This document shows positions 11,322 to 22,757 of a DNA stretch of 64,000 nt, in pieces. The position numbers and the translations under genes were made by a program. The number at the start of each line of letters is the position of its first letter. The first letter of the stretch is position 1. The stretch covers positions 34,782,001-34,846,000 of the forward strand of contig NC_134478.1 of NCBI RefSeq assembly GCF_964194025.1, read 5' to 3'. This DNA is from Convolutriloba macropyga. Lineage: Eukaryota. The notes beneath the pieces were generated by a model that was not told where the DNA came from, made no database searches, and was given only the letters and a program-made list of their open reading frames with translations.

Positions 11322-14300
11322 CTACAGCAACAACAAACAAGCAAAAACTTAGAAAGGAGGAATTAAAGGTACATCTAGCTAATTGTTCCGACCCCTCTTA
11401 AGTGGGGGGGGGGGGGGAGGAACTATATACTCAAATGGGTTTTTTTGTTCAGTCAATTTTCGCCGATCGATATTCATCGTAGAGAGTTGAGACTAGTATC
11501 ATTAGAAAACTCGTCCAGCGTAGAATATGGAATTAAAAAGATTTTTCAAATTTTCGTTTTCTACAGGGAGTTATCGAGGTTTAAACTTCTAAAAAAAAGT
11601 AGAGCGAATTCACGTTGTTTTATTCACATTTTCCGAAATTTTTGCCAAATTTTTCGTCAATTTTGCTAAAATTTGTTGAAATTTTTAAGAATAGTGTCGT
11701 TGACTTTATTTTTAAGGACAAACAAGCCTTGTGCATTAGTCTGATTTTTTTTTTGTCAAAAAATCTGGCTAAATATTTCAAACTTTTCAATCAAAAACAG
11801 AAGGAAATAAGTTTCTTTAGTCCACTTTGATTAAATTTGCAGGAAGTACACGCCCAAACATCACTAATACAATCTTTGTAGACTCCGAAGGGGCTATTCT
11901 TACTTCCGATGAGAGTGCTCTGTAATTAAAAACTTATAAAACTTTGCAGTTTTTTGCTAGCTTTACTCGTTTATTATCAAAAATGCAGAACTTTTTTGAG
12001 TTTTCAACTAACAAATTATCTATATCTACAATATTCGGACAATCAATAGTTCCCAACGGACAATATGCATTAGCAGGGCTAGTTTTAGGCCAATCTTGGA
12101 CTTTTACAATCAAAAAAGAATTCGGATTGCAATCAGTCGGTCTTTTTTTTTAGAAAAAGACCATTTTTTTGATAATAAAGAACAGAACATATGAAATGAA
12201 AGCTCAGGAGTGATAGGTCCAATTGGCTTCCTAAGCAGCTCCAAGCTAATGCATTTAGTTTTTTACTTGAAAGTTTATGATCGTTTTAACTTTTAAAAAT
12301 AATTGGTTTTTAAATAAATAATGGGTTAATGAACTTTTCCTCCATTCTTTTCTTAATTTGGTCAATTTGCAGCTTAGTGTCAGCAAAGAAGGAATGCTTC
12401 GTCATTCTACTGATTTGAAATTTGGTCTCAATTGCGTTTTTAAGCCTGAAGTTTTTGTTTTCTGGCATTGATACTACTAGATTTCAGATTTTTTTGTTTT
12501 TAGAAATTTGCCAGTTTTTCACGTTCTCTAGCCACATTATAACATTACTGACAGTTCTCATATCACGTTATTAGCGTTCAAAATGAAACACAATTGAACA
12601 TATTAAAATCTTTAAAGATATAGATTATCGTTTTAACGGTCTCGACACTTCTTTCTTCAAGAACGTAATTCAATTTTTTAATTTTGTCTTTAACTGTCAT
12701 TTATACTTGGTCATTTCAGTTGTATGAGATCTCTTGTATAGTGATAGGTTTCACTGGCTTTTTGTCGAACAATAGACAAGCCGACATTCTGATTTTAGTA
12801 GATAGCTGATGGCTTTCATGACTTTGAAAACAATCGTTTTCCAAAACTAAAAACAAAAAACATTTTAACTTCGCAAGTTTGTTCTTTCTATTTTTCTTTT
12901 TGGTACCGCTCATTAACTACAGTTCAAATATGACATTATGAGTGTCAAGTTAGGTTGTCCAAACGGATTGATGTCCCAAAATCCTTTTTCTTAAAGAATG
13001 AGTTATGACCTTACTGACTTCGACAACCGTTTTTCACAAAAAATGTAAATTAATTTGATTTTTGTCATGTTTGACGTTCTTTTTGTAGAGGCAAGAATTA
13101 TTCTGGATAATTTCAGGTCTCAAAGAGTTCGTTTGGATGATTAAACGACCCTTTTTAAAAATTTCATTTTGTAATTAATGTTTTTCATGACTTTGGATAT
13201 AATTTTCTTTCGAAAAAAAAATCAAAATTATTACATACTTTTGCCCTTTTCTCTTTTTTGTCTGCTTGTTACCTCGTCTCACTAATAAATGGCAAATACT
13301 ACATTATCAGTTTTTGAAGAAGGCGCAAACGAATATATTTTGAGGGCCGAAATATTGGTTGACGGTCTTGACAGCGTTTTCTGGCAAGTTTTAATTGAAT
13401 TTTTGTTTGTTGTTTTTTGTTGTTCTTTTTAGCCTCTTAAAGAAAAAAATAAGGACAGGTCCTTATGCCCTACTATAGAAACACTGGTAATCGTATGCCT
13501 GTGGGATATTTTACTTGATTTCAAATGGTTTCAATTACTTTGAAGTTAATTGTTTTAAAAAAAGCGAATTTTTTAACTTTACTGTTTTTGTTCTTTTTTT
13601 GTCTAATTGTTACCAAACTTTTTTATGGACTGGTCCATATCTTTCCTGGTGATTTATAAGTTATTTTGTTTAGTTTGAGATTCATCTGACGGTATCTTGA
13701 CTTTGTTATTGAATTTTGTTTTTTAAAACGGACAAAAAGTTTTTGATGTAATTAATGTTTGTTGTTAATGTGGTTTGACTTTGCTGTTCGTATTGACTCG
13801 CTTTCTTCACATCACAGCAATTTAATGCTTCAATTTTTACTGCACTGAGTTATTTGCTTTTGCGGCTATTTTATCGTTCATACACAATTTTTTTGAAAAG
13901 TACTTGGGCTTTTTTGGGTTTTTTGTGGTTCCCAAAAAATAATTTTTGTGTTTTCTATCTGTTCCTCATTTGGTAGACAATTATGCCAAAATTGTGGATA
14001 GGCGGGGTCGGAACCTTATGTGCCATCGCACATTGCTGAGCCGCCTTGTTCCATTACAACTTTTACACCTGTTTTAGCATCTTTCAGGAAAATTTTTCTA
14101 GAAATATTGTTGCGCTGTGGGTATCTGCCAGCAATAGTAGACAGAATGCTGTCGTTTCCATATTTATAGTTCAATGAAAGACTCCATTAGGCTGTGACGT
14201 TTTTCATTAACAAGATTTCTTGATTATCTGTAGAAAAGAAAAGGCTATTTCCTCATAAAACCAATGTTCTAAAAATTTCTTCACTTGAGTAAAGTATTTT

Positions 14301-17300
14301 TTGTGAATTCTTAGACCTAAAACTTCATTGAATTTAACCAACCTTTTTCATCCTACGTTCACTACTTTTGAGTTGTCTGCCTATCTTGTGCTGTAGATCT
14401 CCAGGGTTAGATTCAAGTTGGGATGCCAGTCGGCGGATCACCCTCTCCTCATTCTGTTTTATCATCCTGGATAAAATGAATAATGCAAAATCGATCCACA
14501 TTTTTCCGGATAGCAATTTTTTCTAGCAATCATTTACATTCAAATATTTAAACCTCACAACTATAACCACAGGTTAAACGGTTCATTTTAAACCATTTGA
14601 GTCAAATCACGGTATCCTGTGAACTTAGATTATGCGAATAATGTACGGATTAGATTTCCAAATTATATCAACAATGAGTGAAAGAGTTTCCGAATTGAAT
14701 TTTTTAAAAAAATTCTTTGATCTTAATCTGTCAAGGCTTTTAACAAAAAAACCCAAAGAGCACTTAATATAATAGCACTTATTTGAAGTTTTACTATTGA
14801 TTTTAGCTAAATATTTGCTTATATAATATGAAAATAGGGTGATTAAAATGAAAGATTATCAGGAACTGTTGTTTTTCACGGTGCATTACGAACAACTATT
14901 ATTAGTGGGTTTTTAACTATTTTAAACTAGTATACTCCATTTTAAATAATTACTCAGTTTTCTTTACAATTTTTGGCTTCACAAATCATTATCAGTTCGA
15001 ATACGAGCATGCAATTAGAATCTATCATTAGCTATTCTGAGCTAGATACTTAACTCTTTAAATTTTATAAACTTAATTCCTACTGGGTAATTTCCAAATA
15101 GAGAAAGGAGAAAAAAAAATGTATCTTATCTTATAATTGGAAGAAAAAAGTATATAAAAAAAAGGAAAAAAAAACAAGAGAATTATAAAGATTGAAGATT
15201 ACAATAATAGAGTTTTGTGGAGTTTTGTGCGTAAAGTTTGTGGAGTATTGTGTCACGAGAATTGTGTCTCTTTTAGGTACAGTAAGCATGGGGGTGGGAC
15301 TCTGCCCATCAACGGAGCTCGAACTCGGAATTTGAAGCTCGCTCGTCAGGATCCCGGAAGAGATGGAGAAACTCGTTGTCCCGCGCCAGACGAGCAGCAA
15401 TAGTTCGAGGGTAAAAATTCGTGTTGCAATGCGGCTGCCTTGCCATCGGGTGGTTTCAGGATCTGTTGTTCCTCGTTATTGATGTTAAAATTTTGAAAAT
15501 GAAAACAAAACTTCGTATCGTGCCGAAAAGGAATCCTTCTGCACAGAACTTCACAGGTGGAGTTTATCCATGTGCAGACATTGTCGACTTCAACTGTTTT
15601 GTCTGTCCGGCGTCTAAGACATTTGTATCACCACTTTAAGCTTGAAACTTGTTTATACTCATCTTCAGTGTTCAGATGAGCAAAATCAAGAGTTTGAAGG
15701 CCGCCGCATCGTAAAAACGTAAGGTTGGCGTCGGGGCCCCACCCCGTCTTAAAACAAACCTGTATATACCAAACTTTTACCAAAATAATGCAATCTTGGA
15801 ATAATACTGAAAAAGTTCACTAATTTTTGCATGCGGCCTGCTAAGCCCAAGAGAAATTAACTCGTCTTAACGAATTTTTTGATTGAATCATTCATTGATG
15901 GGCTTTTGGTCATTTTTCGGGATAATTTTTGCCAAAATTTTGACTTTTGCAAAATTCTTTTTTGTGCAAATTGTGACGTTCTCTTTTAATAGGGGTTAAC
16001 CAAAGTGATTTTGAGTTGCAGTCTGTTATTGGGAAACAGATTTCGGTTAACTTCTTCCAGTTTTTATTAAACTGTAAAATTGTGACCGATTTTGATGAAT
16101 TTTTTTAAAAAAATTTGTGTATTCTTTATTTTTGTCATCGGGAACTCTAACTGTCGTAATAAATTATGATAATTCTATTAAGGGTGTTTGTGTCCCTCAT
16201 TTGACAGAAATTGTAAAATTTCGAGAAAAAAATCCATTTTTTACTGTTTTTCTAAAGGTCTACAATTGGGAGCTAAATTTGTGGCAATTTTTGTAAAGGC
16301 TAAGCGAAAGTACTGTAACTTATCTTGGTCTTGTATTCAAAAACGACGAGAGTTTTCAACGTTTTCAAAAAAATTTATTTAATAGAGACTTTCAAATTTT
16401 TAAAAAATGCAGTTTTTGAAATTTTTCCTAAGTTCAAAATTCAATTTTCGAAATTTTCTATTTTGCTCAAAAAACCTTACACATTGTTCCATAGACTAAT
16501 TGCAGTCATTTTGAGCACAATTGGAAAAAAATGAATTATTTTGTTCAAAATCCTCCCATTGATTCGCAGAGGTCAGATAGAGAAAATTTGAAAATTTTGT
16601 CACTAAAAAGAGCTAAAAGACGCAATTGAATTTTTTTTTGAGATGTATTAATTTTAAAGGTTTCATTAATTTGCAAAAGAGTCACTTAGGGCGTGTATGT
16701 TGAGCTTGCACAACATCATGCCCCTCTCAAAGATGGAGAATTATTTGCAAGCCTTCAAATGATGCTGTTATCCTGTAGACAAAAGATTTGTGAAAATTTT
16801 GTAAAATATGTACGAGAATCTGATTAATCAACATGAAGGGCGCTACCATCTTGTTTCCCCATATTTGCTCTTCAACAACTAATCAGAATGAGTACCGCGC
16901 GAACATGCAAAAGGCACAACAACTGACGTATGCTGAGTTTCAGACTTGTTTTAACTAAGGTATAAAATTTTTGTGAGCTCATACCCGCTTGGACGCTCAG
17001 TTCCAGATTTTAGGGCGTCCATTCCAAGACTGGTTTCCGATCATGTCCCAGGATTTGTGAGTTTTTGTCGAGGCTTTTTGCGCTCATATCCAAAATTTTG
17101 TGCAATAATGTGCTTATTTTGTGCGATCAATTCTGCAGATGTCTGTATTCACATCCAGTGTTTATAAGTTCATTCTCCTTTTTTTCAAATTCAAACATTT
17201 GAGCGGTTATGTTCAGTTTTGTACATTATTGTCCAGGCTTTTGTACGCTTAAGTACAGATTTTTGTGCACACACCATACATTTTGCATTAACGGTCCGCT

Positions 17301-19017
17301 TACCAAATGAATTCAATTTAAATAGAAATCATTTGGCAAACAAATCGAGAAAGGTGTAATTCTGATTGTTGAAAATAAGTGAAGTGAGAATAAAGAAGTG
17401 AGCTGGTTAGAGTAGCTTCAGTTAGGTACTGAAGATGTGCCAAAAATTTAAAATCAGAAGAGCCAGCAAGTCAATTCAATAAAATGGAAAATTTCCAGAA
17501 GCGGTCATTTTAGTTGTTTCATTGCAGTTCTGATGGGTGGTGTTGTTTTTGGAACTAAAGAGTAGAAAAGCAATTGAGAGATTGTTTTTAACTTGTTAGT
17601 ATTATAATATCCACCTGTTTGTACAAACCATCTCTAGCCCAACTCCATGTCGTAATACATACAATTCTGGCTGCAGTTTCAAAATCAACTGCTTGCACCA
17701 TTTGAGCTCTCTCCGATAGAGATTTCTGTGTAATGAATAAACAATTACTGTCCTCATAAGCATTCGCGCCATACAATTATAAAAAACTTTGGCATTGATT
17801 CTACTTAATCTGACGTCCACATACGAGTGTCTAATGGTTTTTTTATTGTTTGGATAAGACAAAAATTGAGCTAAAATGGCCAAGAAACACAGCCATGATT
17901 CCATTATTTCAATTAATCGTGAAGAACAAAGTGACATTGTCCACACTTCTTTGGAAAGACTTGGCAAAGCTCAGTCGGTATGAAATTTTTGAATAATTAC
18001 AGTAGAAATGTTGCGCTGTAGTAGATACTGTGCAATAATTTAATGAAAAAAGATTCAACTGAGGGCAATAGCAGATAACCCCCTGAATCAGCCATGATAA
18101 CCCCCTGATAACCCCACCCCCAGAATCAGCCAGAAACAAAATCAGCACAAATTTTGTGTGCGTCCTATGTATGCATGTGTGTTGAAAGGGTGTGTATGAG
18201 TGTGTGTACGTGTGTATTTTTATGTTTGTGTGAGTGTTGAAAACCTGCTTCACAATTTGTAATAAAAAAAATCTGAACACACAAAGGCATTTGCGAGACT
18301 TACGACAATGTATCCAATACAGAAATGAAGACAGCCCTGGTGGCACTTTCCCTCGTGAGTTGCTGCTCTACTTTGAGTAACAGGTCACGTGACCTGGCCT
18401 CTAAGTTGCGCTGACTGGTCACTGCTTCCGATTGCAGATTCACATCTGAGGATTTGAGCAAGTTTTCGTTGCTGTATGCTGCAGAACTGTACAGGCCCCG
18501 TGACGCAACATCTGAAATAGAGGAAACATTTTATATACGATGACCCCGTAATTGTAAGTAAAATCCATTGTCATGATACATTCTCAAACGTACTTTTGTT
18601 AAAAATACAAGCTCTTTGAGAGATCTGCACGAAAAAATATAATAGACGTTGCACCATAAAAAAACGTTCCTACATTTTAAGACCCAAATTTCAACCACAG
18701 TTAGTTTGTTAAAAGAGCTAAGCAATCTCGTGGAATTAGAATAGATAATCCTATGACATCAAAATTTGTTTAATGTGTAACAGGCTTTATTAAAAGGGCT
18801 TGAATTTTTTTCAATTGATTAAAACTGATTATACGTTTTAGCAAAATTTTTTAAAACAATTTTTCATAAAAAGCAAATATTTAAAAGTTTTTTTATATAA
18901 CATTTCCGTACCTGAAGAAACTGAATTTCTCAGCAAATTGCTCTCACTTCCAAACCGCTTTTTAGCCCTGGGCGTAAATTTAGCTCTAGGGTATCTAGGG
19001 TCAGCCAGATAGCTCAT
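11213..19017 (-). CDS. RIPOR: RIPOR/FAM65 (Rho family-interacting cell polarization regulator) homolog, N-terminal ~182 aa; complement(join(11213..11321,14343..14466,18304..18511,18912..19017)), 3'-partial
   Basis: Four GT-AG exons in continuous frame (phases 1,2,0,1): MSYLADPRYP...TRAVFISVLDTLSMIKQNEERVIRRLASQLE...KIGRQLKSSERRMKKVEYHIMRLEQLEEQYKLKAQMRLGAQKAIESL. This resembles the FAM65 N-terminal (PL48) block as I recall it ([42 protein letters not shown]). No further exon found in the window. Confidence 0.8.
11383..14050 (+). mobile_element. Non-autonomous Helentron (HINE/DINE-1-like) element, copy A
   Basis: Starts TTGTTCCGACCCC; subterminal inverted copy GGGGTCGGAAC at 14004-14014, then a short hairpin (ATGTGCCATCGCACAT) and terminal CTTGTT. 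Both ends are homologous to two other copies in the window; no coding capacity. Confidence 0.8.
14343..14466 (-). CDS. RIPOR: RIPOR-like coding exon 3
   Basis: Acceptor TTTTATCCAG|, donor AAG|GTTGGT; MIKQNEERVIRRL...SSERRMKK. Confidence 0.85.
15280..15762. mobile_element. Putative Tc1/mariner-type MITE
   Basis: TA|CAG-TAAGCATGGGGGTGGGAC ... GCCCCACCCCGTCTTA-AAACAAAC-CTG|TA: imperfect TIRs, TA on both sides, GC-richer interior than the flanks. Confidence 0.55.
16965..17280. repeat. Degenerate ~21-bp minisatellite (TTTTGTGCGCTCATNTCCAGA-like)
   Basis: Recurring units such as ttttgtgagctcataccc, tttttgcgctcatatccaaaa and ttttgtacgcttaagtacaga. Confidence 0.55.
18073..18240. repeat. Short GATAACCCC(C)/GAATCAGCCA repeats followed by a TG-rich microsatellite-like tract
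   Basis: GATAACCCC three times and GAATCAGCCA twice, then gtgtgt-rich sequence. Confidence 0.7.
18304..18511 (-). CDS. RIPOR: RIPOR-like coding exon 2
   Basis: Acceptor TATTTCAG|, donor |GTAAGT, 208 nt open frame (VASRGLYSS...VFISVLDTL). Confidence 0.8.
18912..19017 (-). CDS. RIPOR: RIPOR-like coding exon 1 (MSYLADPRYPRAKFTPRAKKRFGSESNLLRNSVSS)
   Basis: ATG at 19017 with an in-frame TAG four codons upstream; donor CAG|GTACGG, phase 1, matching the next exon. Confidence 0.7.
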
Positions 19018-22000
19018 CTCTCCAAACTACAACTCTTTGATAACCTTAACTCCAAATAATATCACAAAAGAACTTGACAATTAATAGAACCGATTTAGTA
19101 CACGTTTGATATAGATGGTATTGTTGCTTGGTGTAATTGATTCAAAAGCAATTGTTCGCTGAGTACAAGCAAATAAAGTTGTTGTTAATTGTCAAACAAA
19201 ATTTTATTAAAGTTTTGATACTCTAGATTCGAACTTCAATTAACGGCAGTTGAATTTTGTTCAGAACAAGGACTTTCAAACATAATCTGGCGACTTTTTT
19301 GAGAGCGCTTTGTTCGAAAGGTTTGCCAATCCAAACTGTTTGACCAAATTTGTTGTTTATTTGATTAAAATGAACTCTAGAAAACAACAATATCAATGTC
19401 TCACAGCGGCGTATGATTCACAATAGTTATGAAACATTATATCTGCATGTCTTAAAAACAGTGACGTCACAACAATTTGGGTTCCTTTTTATATACAATC
19501 AGACTATCCGAGTATAAATCGGTTTAATGATTTTAACTTGCACAAACTTTGCACAAACTGATACTTGAATTGGCATAAACTTTGCATCGGAAGTTGAAAG
19601 ACAAAATCAATGGATCAGTTGTCTGAACTACTTTTTTGAACTACTTAAAAAGGCAACGCAGACCAGATGGCAAAAGATCTTTGCTGAACGAATATTTCAA
19701 TTTCTGGGAGATAAACTTTTGGGCAAACTATAATCCACTTTGTAGAACTGATGAACGCAAATATGCTCAAATTCATTTTGCTGATATCAGCCCGCAGAGT
19801 GTGTACGTTCTGTTGTTGGATTACTAGCCTCTTCTAAAATATTTTTTTCTTTTTTTCATTATCTATAAACAAAGTCAAATGGATTTGATTTCTTGAAAAG
19901 CTAATATGTTTGCTTGGCAATTGTATTTTCCTTAAAAAAAATCTATATATTGGTAAAAATTTTCCCTTCCGTTCTTTAAAGAAAACAAACCCCGGTTTCC
20001 AAGTTTCTGTCAATTTCGGAAGAAAAATTTTCCGTTATTATAGTTTTTCGTAGGCGCCATTACCATAGTGTTTAATCGTTATCAATATTGAAAATATTTT
20101 CCAATATTTAAGAAGATGGCTCGTGTGAGTCATTGCGCAGCACAGTATGTTCCAACATAACTCCCAAGGTTACAAAAACAGGCATTAATTTCAGAGAAAC
20201 CGTTGAAGTATCCGAAAACAACTTATTAGCATTGGAGAAAATTACTTGTATTATTTGAATTTTAAAATATCCCATCATTTTTGGCAGACAAAAAACGAAA
20301 AAACTGTAGCAAATTCTAGAGTGATAGGAGTACTGCAATTCAAAAGACACAGGCACAAATAAACCATTTAAACACATACACAACACATATATTACACAGG
20401 CAAAGAATGACACAAATACAAACCCCACCACTAAAGAAAACAATTTCATAATTTTTTTTCTTGCGAATGTTTTTGTGTTTTTGGTTTAATATTAAGAATT
20501 TGGCGTGACATTTTGAGGCAATTTTATCAAAAATTGTAAATTTGACAATTAAAATTGAAGTGAAATTCTTTGAAATTATCTCTAAAAACTTTATCAAACT
20601 TGATTTTTCATGAGCATAATGGACCAATTGGATTTTTTTCCAAACATTCGCAGATTTACTACCAGCTAGATCTTTTAAAGAAAATCTTTGTTTCTAACAT
20701 AAAATTGAAACCGTAATTAGTAGAAAATTTTCAGATTTTTTTCAGATTTCTGATGTCTTTGCACTCTGCCTCTACTTGTTTTTAACTTTTTAAGGAACTA
20801 TTTCTCTCAAGCCAAGTCTCTTTTTTATCTTTCTCCCTTACAAACAATCGCATACCATACACATTGAGCACAAACGCAGTCACGAAAAAACTCCCACACA
20901 AGCGCACGCACACACACACTCATAATCAAAAACATACAAAAAATCCGACGCAAAAACATGTTGTTACTTCTCTCTTTTGAGTGTGATTTTTCCCCTTAGA
21001 TGTCATTGTTCATTTATGTCTTGTGTTTTATCTGGAAAACTAGAATTGGACCTTCATGACGCAGCTGTATCTGTAAATTTGACCCTTGAACTTGAAAGAG
21101 TTTTTCTGGAAAAAGTTTTAAAGATGGTTGTCTTTTTGATGTTTCATGAGAATAATGGGATATTTCGTTTTTTTTACAACATCTTCAAAATCTGTTACAA
21201 GCAAGATTTACAAAAAAACAATTTTGGGATTAAGCATATTTGAAACAGCCTTCTGTAGCAAATTTATAGTAACTTTTCAAATTTTTTTGTGATATCTGAC
21301 AGCTTTTACACTCTTCTGCTTGTGTTTAACTTGAAGGTTAATGTTAGAGGCCGTCCTTTTGGGGCATAATTTAGAAGTATTGAACAAAATTTTTAAAATT
21401 TACGCTGGGGCATTTTCATTCTTCTCAGTTTTTTTCAAATAAAGAGCTTTTGTTCGTTGTCTAGCTTGGCTATCAGTAAATTCTCTAACTCTCAAAACCG
21501 TCCCTGTTTCACTATAATGGAGGAAGTTAGATTGAACGATCTGCTTTGACGACATAAGATATACAAATAAATCAATTAAGATGAGAAATCTGTCTTTTTT
21601 TCAATAATGATATTTTTTGATTTTTTTTACTTCTCCGCAGTTCTGAAACTACAAAAATGGTTATTTCTGAAGAATTGTACAGAGTTTTTGGAGAACTTTA
21701 AAAACGCCTTCAGAAATAAGAAAACAATATTTTTTGCTTTTGTTTTACAGTTTCAACTTGATTTTTCCGCTGTTTTGAGAGCTCTGAAGTGCCTGAAATC
21801 TTCCATTTTCCAAAAAATCATTTTTTTGTAAAGTAAATTTGGGTGCTGCAATAGCTTTGAACCAGTAACAAATGGCGAAACAGAGAAAAATTTTTGAAAC
21901 AAAATTGTCTTGGAAAAAAATCAAAATAAAATATAATTGACTTTTCGTCGAAAGTTTTGATCTAATAGTTGAAATGAATAAATTTTAGATTTGAAACTGC

Positions 22001-22757
22001 GACAAATTACTCGCGGCTTTTAATCAAACTAATTTTTCTACACATTTATCCGTTTATTTTAATCTTAAATTTCAAAGCGATGTGTAAACAAAAAAAGAAA
22101 ACTCTTTTAAAGAAAGAAGTCAGCCTCACATATATATTTACCGATTTTGAAAAAACGTAGGACCAATGGATATTTAAAAATTTATTGTAAAATACTGAAA
22201 GAACTCATTTGCAGGTAAAATAGTGAAAGAACTCATTTGCAAGCTCCAATGATTTTTGAAAAGTTATTTGGAAATCAAATTTAAAGCAAAAGACACTTTA
22301 AATTGATCTCTCATGATGCGTTTATCTGCTTAACTATCCTCGGTTGTTGGCCTCTGATAGTAATGCTTAAACCTGAAAAAAACAGCCCATAGAACTTAGA
22401 CACAAAAATCCAAAACTCTTGTCCTTTTTCAATGAAACTTTCTATCAGTCGATTGGACAGCAAGCATTCATTGAAAAGATGTCAGATTGATTTCTCATCT
22501 CAACCTTGCAGCCTTGTAATAGTATAAATCGGTAAATTCATTAGGAGTTGTTTGACCCTAAGCAAATTTTGCTGCCCTACGGGGAGTCTTGGAAAAAAAC
22601 TTACAAATTGGTGAAATAAAATTTCCTTTTTTTTGTCAGTAGATTTCACTTGAAATCTACATGCTATTTCAGATGGAAAATTCAAATCGTAGCTTTGTAA
22701 GTACTTTTAATATTTTTGTTTATTTAAATTTTTACAATGACAATCAAAGTCAAATTT

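Noticed and set aside
17588-17967. Coding remnant (overlapping minus-strand ORFs)
   Set aside because: No recognisable catalytic motif; may be old transposase debris but is unsupported.
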